The position numbers were made by a program, and so were the translations under genes. From Eledone cirrhosa (Eukaryota), in NCBI GenBank assembly GCA_964016885.1, contig OZ024741.1, positions 104,594,001 through 104,658,000 on the forward strand: 64,000 bases of DNA. The letters are read 5' to 3'. Positions 52,405-64,000 of this stretch are shown here, one piece after another. Each line of letters starts with the position of its first letter. Within the stretch, counting starts at the first letter, position 1. The notes beneath the pieces were generated by a model. It was not told the DNA's origin. It saw only the letters and a list, made by a program, of their open reading frames with translations, and did not search any database.

Positions 52405-53486
52405 CGCACGTCCATACCAGAATGAAAGGCGCTCTTGTGACCTTTGTGTGATGGAGCTAATGGAAATTATGTCTAGCTCTGATCTGTTAAACTCTCGCCA
52501 GGACAGAATTATTAATAGCCAACATAGGAATTTACGTACCTTCGCCAGGTACCACCCAGATTAGCCTAATTGTTTTCTCCTATCTAGATATCCTACTCCT
52601 ATAATATATTTCCTTTATATATTTCCTTTAGCTGCATAAATTAAACTTTAATTTTTGACAAGCATTAGATTCGATCCTACATTTCATTTTCCACCTTACA
52701 TTTGCTCCTGCCCAATGTCCGATTGTTATATCTTAGGTTGCAAATTTTTTTTACTAATAATTTAACCTTTCATTTATGGCAGTCTCGTAAAAAAACAATT
52801 ATTACTGCCATCAACTTTCAGACACTTCGACCAGGGAAATTCATCCCCCTTCCTATTTCTTTACTGACATGTTACTCGCTACTTAACTTTTAACAAGTGT
52901 GAAGATATTTATATATATATATGTGCGCTTAAGAGCATATATATGAATATGTATATATGTGCGCGAGTGTGTATGTGTATATATGTATTTATATATGTGT
53001 GCAGTGGTGGGCTGGCCAGATTGCCAGGTTGCCCAATGGTAAGTGGGCTCCAGGGAAGCCTACGGTAGCATTGCAAGAGCCCACAGTAGCATTGCAGGGT
53101 TCACTGTAGTATTTTAGGAGCCAATGCTTTGCTTTCAAAAAATACCTAAAATCTAAGACAAAGAATAAATAAAAAAAAAAATAAATAAATAAAACAATTA
53201 AGCAAAGCATTTGGTCAACCAATTCCCCAGGGAATTAATAGAAACCAAAATATACGATAGTGCAGATAGCTGGAATCACTGGTTGTACATTCTACTAAAT
53301 CTAAAGCTTAGTGTATTCGTTCATACGTGCAAACATACATATATAGACACAGACACACAAGCATATATATACGGATTGAGCTCAGCCGTCGGGGTCTTAC
53401 TTGTTCCTATTACCCACTCTACTACCCTAAGTATTGAGTACTTTGGTGCGTTATGGTCCACCTGGTTCCTTACCACATTTCCTTCG

Positions 53487-53541
<55 letters not shown>

Positions 53542-54898
53542 AATTTTAGTATAGCATTAACGAAGCTTTAGGCTGCGGCTAAGCTAACGAATGCAAATTT
53601 GGAATGTATCTTTAGCACTCGATGGAGAATAATACCCAAGAGTAATAACAATACGTTTAGGCAGCTTTGCAAATGAAATATAGCGATCGGCAATCCAGCC
53701 GAATTGCCATAGCAACGAAAAGGACTGGACTCAGGAAAAGATTTTTGACTGACCTGGACCATCACGCGGAGACCGAATGCAATACATAATGCATATCGTA
53801 TAGCATACGATATACATCACATACAACATACAACATCCACGCTAGGTTTCTGTAAATTCGAGATCGACTAATTCCGCTTGCAGGGGTCTGCAAGTTAATG
53901 GCCTTTGACGACAGAACAAAGGATTTACTTCGTCAACAAGTCTTGCGTTCTATAGCCTCAGCGGGTGTGTTCTAGCAGTAAATTTCGCTATAGACACGTG
54001 GTTTTCTCCAAGGGAAGTAACCCCCGTTTTGGCGGTGAATTCGAAATTTGAGACAAAGGAATGAAATTCCCTTATAACAAAGGAATTGTGGTAAGGAACC
54101 AGATGGACCATAACGCACCAGAGTACTCAATACTTAGGGTAGTAGAGTGGGAAATAGGGTAGTAGAGTGGGAAATACCCAGCTTACATAGGTAGTTGTAT
54201 CTCTTTTCTTTTACTCTTTGTCTTCTTCTTCCCCTGTCTCATCTTAACACTTCCTTCCACCCCCTATTTTCTTCCTCGTCTGATTTTCCCCTTTCGCCTA
54301 CCCCGATGCAGCCCATCGAGCCTCGGTAGCATCAGTTCCCCCACCCCTGTAATTTTAAGATAGAATTGGCCTAATACCTTTTATTAACTACTTATAGCAG
54401 ATGTGTTAAACCCCTTAAATTTTGTATCAGTTTTGTAATTTCTACAAGTTTTTTCTATTCTCAACTTATTAACCTGTAATTGTAAGATAGCATTGTGATT
54501 TTTTTATTCGTTTCTCACTATCAAATTTTATATATTTTTTTATTTATTTCTAGTTTCTTTTATTGTCTCCTACTCTCATTCGATTTACCTATTCTATAAC
54601 CTCCCTCCTCCACTTCATACACTATCCTTAGAATCTGCTATCACTTTCAACGCCTGACCGCTCCACTCACTCCCTTATTGTTCTACAGGCAAGTTCAGCC
54701 ACCCCTATCTCCCACCAAATGCCATGGTAGACTTATTTGTGTTTACAACAAATTTTAACCAATCCTCTTGACAATTCCCATATAAGGAAGTACCCCCTTG
54801 ACAAGTTCGGCTATTTATTCACCAGGCTAAAAATTCTAATTTAGTCCAGAAATAGCTGTCTAAACGGCTTGAGCTCTGCCATCGGGGTCATACTTTTT

Positions 54899-54976
<78 letters not shown>

Positions 54977-55019
54977 TAAATCTACCACTCAATTATATTT
55001 ATATATATATATATATACA

Positions 55020-55899
55020 TGTAGCGAAATCTGTCTGCGCCTTGAACTTTGGGTGATACCTAAAGGTTAAATCCTAGGTCAACACTCTCTTTGGTATAGA
55101 CAGGTGGATTCTTTGGCTGTCCTCTCAAGGTGGGGGACAGGAAGTGACAGCTATACACAGACCATGTACAAGCCATTCCACACAGAGACATAGGATATAC
55201 AACTATATATATAAAAGGATTTACTGCTATCAATAGACCTCCAGGGGTCTACACACAGAGATATCGAAGCGATAGGATACACAACTAATATGTAAGGATT
55301 TACTGCTATAATAGACCCCCAGTGGTCTACAGCCAGAGACATCGGAGCACCCCCACTACAGAACAAGCTATGTAAAGATTCACCACTATTCAACAGACCC
55401 CATGAAGTTTACAGATACACCCAGAGCGATTGGAACCCTGCTATACAGAACACATGTGGAAGATTTACCGCTGTATGCAGTTCACGGTATTTCTCAGTTA
55501 CTACAGACCATTCAGAGCTATACATACCATACTCTCTTATGACAGCAACGAACTATTACCACGAATTCCAACAACAACAACAACAACAATTATCTATCGC
55601 TCGCTGTTTTCACAACAACAGCCTACACATCAACAACAAAATAATATTGTCAATCTTTGCAACTTATGGTTGTTTATTGTACCTTTTAATTGATTCACGT
55701 GAAGTAAAATATATAACCAAATCATATATTCTTTATATTCTTTATATTCACGTTATTAATCCTTATATTATATTCATATTATCTCTTCTAACAACATTTT
55801 TATTATCATAACAACTAAATAACCAACATATCTATTCTATACATATTACCATACCATCCATTATATAACTATTTCTTTATTATTCATACCCTTCGTTAA
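55020..55899. mobile_element. Probable solo LTR with internal tandem repeats
   Basis: Starts TGTAGCGAA, ends TTCGTTAAA (imperfect terminal inverted match); homologous to 28080-28897. Confidence 0.5.
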
Positions 55900-55914
55900 A
55901 TATATATATATGTG

Positions 55915-56373
55915 TAAATGAAGTAATTCCGTCGAAAGGTCCAGGAAAAAAGAGTGCTCAATGTAGGTTACAGAGCTTAATAGTTATGTAATAAACAACA
56001 TAAGGCAATTATTTCATTTACCAGTGGTTTCTTAAAAGCAAACAAATTTTGCTTTCAATCATCAGAATGAAAAAATCCTGGTGTATTTATTGACATTGGA
56101 TTTTAAAAACAAAAATATAATCCATATGAAAGTGAGGCTGGAAAAGGAAGAAGGAAAGGAAAAATAAACACACATGCACACACACACACACAATTACATA
56201 TACACACATATATACATACACATATATATACACATACATACGCACACACACACATATATATGTATATCTATATATATATACATATACACATACATATATA
56301 CACATATATATCAACATATACATACATACACAGGCACACAAATACACAAACACGCACACACACACATGCATAT

Positions 56374-56404
<31 letters not shown>

Positions 56405-57604
56405 CACATACATACACACAATCATACTTATATACACACGTACATACATACACACATACATACACACATATATACACGCATACATACGCATGCACAAATA
56501 TAGATATATGTACACACACCTACATACGCACACACAAATAATTATAAGAAAAAATATAATAAAAATACCGTCACATAAGAAGAAAAATGAATGTAAAAAT
56601 TATTATACAGTTGACAGCGATACAGGCAACAAATAAATGAACAAACACACGTGGTAAGCAATACACACAATTGCACATACACATACATACATAAAAATAA
56701 ATACATACATACACATATACATACACACACACATATATACATATATATATATATATACATATACACATATATACATACATATACACAAACACATACATAC
56801 ACACATGGTGGCTGCCAACTCGTTTTCGAGTAGGGCCACTACTTTATATCCATGTAGGAGAACCCCTACTGATGCGCTAAACGAGTGTGACTTTTCAGTC
56901 CAGCCAGCGACTTGAAAACTCGGGTACAAACACTACACTTGTGACAATTATTGACACATAGTGCTGGGCCCATGGTACCATGTCACGACAAGTGCAGAGA
57001 GATCTCCAGATATAAAGCAATGCCTGTGCCGTGAAGCTTTTATAGTGAGCAAAGGCACTGCACAAAGCCAGTCCCACTCTCTTAACCAAGATGATATTTA
57101 CCAAAAAGAAGAACAAGTCAACATCATTGGATACCATCAGAGTTGCAGGTGTTATATCAGAGTTTTCCTTCTCCTAGAATTCTGCCTTGACAAAGGCTAA
57201 GGGGTCATCTCTCCCGGTGATTTTGGATGGCCATTGACTATTAAGAGCTCCTTTGCCCTTTGACAGGTTTTGTTTTTAGTCCTGCAGGATGTCCAAAGTC
57301 ACCCTCCTCACCAAGCAACCTTGGTGGGGTTGCCAGTTTAGTCGCCAACGACCCGTCCATGAGACAGGTTGTACTGGGATACATGTTACCAGTAGCACCA
57401 ACTGGTGACCTGACATACACACATACACATATACATACACACACATATACATATATATATATATATATATACATATATATATACATATACACATATATAT
57501 ACATACATATACACAAACACATACATACAAATTCATACACACATATATGTATGTGTGTAAAACTGATTCTTAGATGTATTCATATGAACCTTGTTTAACT
57601 CTTA
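55915..57604 (-). mobile_element. Family-C ORF-less HHR element interrupted by an insertion at about 56805-57412
   Basis: Reverse complement of 62030-63005, including the cryptic TG/TA-rich body. Confidence 0.8.
56012..56072 (-). ncRNA. Type I hammerhead ribozyme, family C
   Basis: Minus strand: TTTCATT CTGATGA TTGAAAGCAAA ATTTG TTTGCTTTTAA GAAA CCACTGG TA AATGAAA. Confidence 0.87.
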
Positions 57605-57624
57605 AAAAAATATATATATATATA

Positions 57625-60140
57625 CAATGGGAGCATCCGATTCATCCCAATTGACAGATTTAATTGGTATCTTTATTTTGAACTCTTTGAATCGGAAAAT
57701 TCCTCAACTTCGCGGTGGAATTTATCGTGACGATGGACTCTTTTCTATCTTAAATTGCAACATAATTAACCTCAATATTATTAAGAACTATATACGTAAT
57801 CTCTTTAACCAACATAACTTAAAAATTGAATTTGATAACAGCATCAAACTAGCTAATTTCTTGGATGTATCTCTTAATCTTGACACAGGCCTATATTACC
57901 CTTACCATAAAAACAATGAGAACCTAAATTATGTTAATTTTAAATTTAACCACCCCACTAATATTAAGAATGCTATAGTTAGTAATATTGGAAAAAGAAT
58001 ATCTAACCTATCTTCTAATAAAAACATCTTTGATGCTAACGCCAATTACTATAATAACGCGCTTTCTAAAGCCGGTTATCCTGATAAAATCAAATATAGT
58101 AAAGAAACAAATTCTAGATCTTACAGTAGAATAATTAATCATGATCATTCCAATAACTTTAATAAAAGACCTAGATACAAAAACATAATCTGGTATAATG
58201 CTCCTTTCTCCATCTCTATTAATAATAATATTCCTAAATTATTCTTTAGTGCCTTAAATAAATGCTTCCTCCCTCACATATCTATAGTAAAATATTTAAC
58301 AAACACACTATAAAATTTTCCTATTCTACCTCCTCCAACATCTCCAACATTATCTCTAAACACAACAATAAAATACTAAATACTAAATCTCTTCCTTCCA
58401 ACACTGAATATCATAATAATAGTAATAGTACTCCCGACGTCATTGTTAACTCTAGGCTAATTTCTGCAAACCCAAATACAACGTCAAACGCAACTTCGCT
58501 AAATGTTCTTAATCCCATTCTAAATCAAGAAACTATTATTCCTATCGTAAATAACTTCTCCAATCCAATTCCTTCTATAGATAACACTAGGTCATTTGTT
58601 AATAACTCTGTTAATCTCACTAATCGCAATTGCAATTGCCCTGTTAAAAATAAATGTCCTCTCAACAACCATTGTCTTGAAAAAAACTTAATCTACGAAT
58701 GTAAAGTTATAACTGACACCAATTCCTTTACCTATTTTGGCTCCACTTCCACCTCCTTTAAAGCTCGTCTTTATAATCATCATTCGTCTTTTAAATACCA
58801 ACTTAAAAGAACCAACACGGCCCTGTCAGAACTCATATGGTCCTTAAAAGACAAAAATATTAACTATAACATCTCTTGGAAGAAGGTTTTTTCTGCTTCT
58901 CCATACTTGAATAGTTCTCTATCCAAGACATGCAATCTCTGTTTATGTGAAAAATTTACCATTATATCTAATTTAGATTCTATAATAAATAGACGCACTG
59001 ACTTGTTTTCTCTCTGCTTTCATAAATTCCACAGAACATTCCATAAAGTATACAGCTAATATCTAATACTTTATCAATTTAAAATCCTTTTCTCAAAGGC
59101 ACACATATATATACATATATATTTCTTTAAAAATATACCCATCTTTCTACCTTATTTCAATGTTATTTATTATACATTATATAATACCAGTTACTCATTC
59201 TATATCACTCCTATTTATCACTTCCCTTTCTTTCTTTTTTCCTTTTTTTCTTTTCTTTTTTTCTTTTTCTTTTAATTTCTAACCTCTAATCTGTACCTTT
59301 TCTTCCTAGACACTTCTCAATTATCATTGTGCCTAACGTAGAAACAATTATTACTCAGCACAATATATTCTTACTTCATATCACCTTTAAAAAATCCTTC
59401 GTAAACATAAACATTTTTTTGACGTTAGATTATTCATCCTCAATTCATTATTTTTTCTCCCTTTCATGCTCATCTAACTTATACATATTACACTTATTCA
59501 TCACTCTTCTACTTCTTTCACAATATATCCTTAATCACATTACTATTGCTACATTTTTATATTTTTTAATAATACATATCAACAATTTCTTTCCATCGCA
59601 CATATTATTAAACCCTTAAATATTATTCTTAATACATATTAACAATTTCTTTTCATCGCACATATTATTAAACCCTTAAATATACAAACCTTAATTTAAC
59701 ATTATTCTAAAATTTTTCTCTTCGTTAATTTTCAAATTCTTTTAATTTATATATTATCTTCCAACGGTTTTTTAACCTCTCTATGTAAAACAATATATTT
59801 TTCTCAGTTATAAAAGCTATTTCTCTCTCTCTATCACCCATCTCTCCTCCTATCTCATCCTTCCTCATTATACTCCTCCCCTCCACTTTTTACTCTCATC
59901 TCCTCCTCTTTTTCATCTTTTCCACCCCCACCCTCAATTTTTCCCAATATCACACATCAATCTAAAACTACTTTTCATATGTTGATTTAAAACGGCACCA
60001 TTCACAAGTGTGTTTTAACCTTCATATCATGTCTCCCTATTTTATCTGACGAAAACGCAAATGTTATTGCATGATGATATTTGTTTTTGAAATGCGCATA
60101 ATAAAATACATGGAACTCTTTTAACCATCTTTTGATCTTA
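57625..60140 (+). mobile_element. Penelope-like element (Naiad-like), 5'-truncated, with 3' UTR and HHR
   Basis: MGASDS, GIYRDDGL, NFLDV, frameshift near 58270, CNCP..CPL..C, NLIY..YFGST..FK.R.YNH, CNLCLCEK; HHR about 1 kb downstream. Confidence 0.92.
60038..60108 (+). ncRNA. Type I hammerhead ribozyme in PLE 3' end
   Basis: TATTTTAT CTGACGA AAACGCAAATGTTATT GCAT GATGATATTTGTTTTT GAAA TGCGCA TA ATAAAATA; palindromic stem III ATGCGCAT. Confidence 0.87.
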
Positions 60141-60342
60141 TGTATTATATACATATATATATACATACATACACACACATATATACATACATACATATAC
60201 GTATATATATACACATATAGGAAAAAGTATGACCCCACGGCAGAGCTCAAGCCGTTTCTGAGGCTATTATATATATATACACACATAAACAAATATATAA
60301 AAATACACACAGACAAATATACACACGCACACACACACACAC

Positions 60343-60935
<593 letters not shown>

Positions 60936-61014
60936 GTATGTATGTATATATATATATGTGTATATATATATATACGATATTAACAAATGGAAACTATATT
61001 TATAAAACCATATT

Positions 61015-61079
61015 TATTTCATTATACATATTTCAAGGACACCAAGTTAAATTATGGTGTGCTTTCATCAGATAAAATA
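61015..61079 (-). ncRNA. Family-B hammerhead (inverted arm)
   Basis: Reverse complement of 61176-61240. Confidence 0.85.
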
Positions 61080-61175
61080 TAATATATAGAGCAGTTTTAT
61101 CCGGGAGCTTCCAACAGTAATGGTTGCATTCTTTAAGGGTATGTCAATATTTATTTATAAAACTGCTCTATATTA

Positions 61176-61240
61176 TATTTTATCTGATGAAAGCACACCA
61201 TAATTTAACTTGGTGTCCTTGAAATATGTATAATGAAATA
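61176..61240 (+). ncRNA. Family-B hammerhead
   Basis: TATTTTAT CTGATGA AAGCACACCA TAATTTAACT TGGTGTCCTT GAAA TATGTA TA ATGAAATA. Confidence 0.85.
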
Positions 61241-61367
61241 AATATGGTTTTATAAATATAGTTTCCATTTGTTAATATCGTATTTTTACTCCAAATATTT
61301 GTTGAGTGCTTTATATCAGTTATAAAAATATTTGCTTGTTGTATCCCCAAAATTTAAATAGAACTTT

Positions 61368-61439
<72 letters not shown>

Positions 61440-61566
61440 AAAGTTTTATTTAACATTTTTGGGTTACAACGAGTAAATATTTTATAACTGATATAAAAGC
61501 ACTCAACAAGTTTTGGAGTATTTCACGATATTAAACAAATGGAAACTACATTTATAAAACCATATT

Positions 61567-61632
61567 TATTTCATTATATATATTTCAGGGATATCATATT
61601 AAAAATATGGTATGCCCTCTTCAGACAAAATA
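61567..61632 (-). ncRNA. Family-B hammerhead, second subfamily
   Basis: Reverse complement of 61700-61765. Confidence 0.83.
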
Positions 61633-61699
61633 CAATATATAAACAGTTTTATAAATAAACAGTTTTGTCAAATTTATTTATAAAACTGTTTATATATTG

Positions 61700-61765
61700 T
61701 ATTTTGTCTGAAGAGGGCATACCATATTTTTAATATGATATCCCTGAAATATATATAATGAAATA
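61700..61765 (+). ncRNA. Family-B hammerhead, second subfamily
   Basis: TATTTTGT CTGAAGA GGGCATACCATAT..ATATGATATCCCT GAAA TATATA TA ATGAAATA. Confidence 0.83.
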
Positions 61766-61805
61766 AATATGGTTTTATAAATGTAGTTTCCATTTGTTTA
61801 ATATC

Positions 61806-61856
<51 letters not shown>

Positions 61857-62029
61857 ACAATGTTCGATTTGTCAAGCTATTTAAACGTATGTTATTACTC
61901 TAAGGTCCTATCTTATCGAGTGCTTTGCTAACTCATCATTTCATATAAGTAGGCCGAATTTACTTGCAAACCGCCAGAGATTCGATTTTACTGATTTCCA
62001 ATTATATATATATATATATATATATATAT

Positions 62030-62534
62030 TTAAGGGTTAAACAAGGTTCATATGAATACATCTAAGAATCAGTTTTACACACATACATATATGTGTGTGT
62101 ATGTATTTGTATGTATGTGCTTGTGTATATGTATGTATATATGTGTATATGTATATATATATGTATATATGTGTGTGTATATGTGTATGTGTATGTATGT
62201 GTATATGTATATGTATATGTGTATGTGTGTGTGTGTATGTATTTATTTTTATGTATGTATGTGTATGTGCAATTGTGTGTATTGCTTACCACGTGTGTTT
62301 GTTCATTTATTTGTTGCCTGTATCGCTGTCAACTGTATAATAATTTTTACATTCATTTTTCTTCTTATGTGACGGTATTTTTATTATTATATTTTTCTTA
62401 TAATTATTTGTGTGTGTGCGTATGTAGGTGTGTGTACATATATCTATATTTGTACATGCATATGTATGCGTGTATATATGTGTGTATGTATGTGTGTGTA
62501 TGTACGTGTGTATATAAGTATGATTGTGTGTATG

Positions 62535-62582
<48 letters not shown>

Positions 62583-62734
62583 TATGTGTGTGTGTGCGTG
62601 TTTGTGTGTCTGTGTATGTATGGATATGTTGATATATATGTGTGTATATATGTATGTGTATATGTATGTGTATGTATATATAGATATACATATATATGTG
62701 TGTGTGCGTAAATATGTGTATATATATGTGTATG

Positions 62735-62825
<91 letters not shown>

Positions 62826-63000
62826 GTGTTTATTTTTCCTTTCCTTCTTTTTCCAGCCTCACTTTCATATGGATTATATTTTTGTTTTTAAAATCCAATG
62901 TCAATAAATACACCAGGATTTTTTCATTCTGATGATTGAAATCAAAATTTGTTTGCTTTTAAGAAACCACTGGTAAATGAAATAATTGCCTTATGTTGTT

Positions 63001-63005
<5 letters not shown>
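62030..63005 (+). mobile_element. Family-C ORF-less HHR element
   Basis: Matches 55990-57604 in inverted orientation; starts next to (TA)n and ends in (CA)n. Confidence 0.8.
62922..62982 (+). ncRNA. Type I hammerhead ribozyme, family C
   Basis: TTTCATT CTGATGA TTGAAATCAAA..TTTGCTTTTAA GAAA CCACTGG TA AATGAAA. Confidence 0.85.
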
Positions 63006-63072
<67 letters not shown>

Positions 63073-63203
63073 TAATTTTGCGAGGTTTTTGATATGAAAT
63101 CGTGTGTCGAAACAAATATTGTTATACTTGGGAGGGTCATATTTGTGTAATAATATTACCAGAATTAATAACAGAACACACTCAAGTTTGATTTAGAACG
63201 TAG

Positions 63204-64000
63204 CACAATGGAACGCATCCAGCAGATAGCGATTCCATACCCCAGAGTATAACTGTAACTATCGACTACCCTTCCAAACACCCTAACAATAGACTATCTG
63301 TATTAGACACGGAACTCTGGATTAACACTATAGACGAGAGAGCCCATTTTCTCCACCCACACTACGCTAAACCAATGGCCTCCAAATACCTGATACTCAA
63401 AAACTCAGCAATGTCCAGTAGTGCTAAGTTTAATATTCTGATCGCAGACTTGGTACGAGTGATGAAGAACGTGTCCCGCATGTGCGACCCAACAGAAATG
63501 GAAAGACACATCCAACACTTCATCAACCGCATGCAGTTCTCTGGCTACAACCAAAGAGACAGAATCAGAGTATACGAAGGAGTCACGGAGAAGTATAAGA
63601 CCATCCTAAAACTGGACATGAAAGGAATTTTCCCATTATACAGGAGCAAATCATGGAATAGCTTAGATAGGACTAGACATAAGATAGGGAAAGCCACCTC
63701 ATGGTACGACAACCAGAGATACCAGAGTGTCATGTTTGTGGACGCTACCTCTGGAGGGAAATTAGCTAACCAGTGTAGAAAGGCCCTGAGAAAGACCCAC
63801 TTAAAGATTAAGGTGGTAGAAAAGCCAGGAACCACCATAAAATCCCTGATCAGCAAAACCTACCCTTTTAAGAAAAGCCACTGTACTAATAGGAAATGTA
63901 TTATATGTAAAGTAAACCCCCGGATAAACTGTAAAACTAGAAAGGGAGTCTATAGCATAAGAAGTACAGAGGGTACTTGCAGAAAGATGACAACAACATA
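63204..64000 (+). mobile_element. Second-lineage Penelope-like ORF (RT C-terminus to Cys-rich linker), open to the window end
   Basis: Manual translation from 63243: QSITVTIDYPSKHPNNRLSVLD..HYAKPMAS..SAM..KFNIL.ADLVR..FSGY..PLYR..VMFVDAT..GKLA..VVEKPG..C...C..C...C..GVY. Confidence 0.75.

Overview
AT-rich, microsatellite-laden eukaryotic DNA; an Octopus-like cephalopod origin is inferred from the repeat types. No host gene is convincingly present. The window is a nested mosaic of decayed retroelements (RTE, CR1, Tx1/L1-like and R4/Dong-like LINEs; two tRNA-derived SINE families; probable solo LTRs), DNA transposon remnants (Tigger/pogo, mariner, hAT and Tc1-like MITEs) and at least four Penelope-like elements (PLEs; RT plus GIY-YIG). 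The main signal not shown by the ORF track is about 17 type I hammerhead ribozyme (HHR) motifs read by eye on both strands, in about 9 sequence types. Most have a short palindromic stem III (dimer-type), several have very long stem II insertions, and most lack the canonical G10.1-C11.1 pair. They sit in PLE 3' ends and in at least two ORF-less repeat families (about 430-450 bp and about 1 kb) that abut (TA)n microsatellites; the shorter family shows PLE-style partial-tandem and inverted architecture. These look like non-autonomous mini-PLEs or retrozyme-like RNAs. The YIYI/CVCV/HTHT ORFs are microsatellite artefacts. All folds and family assignments are manual and unverified by computation.
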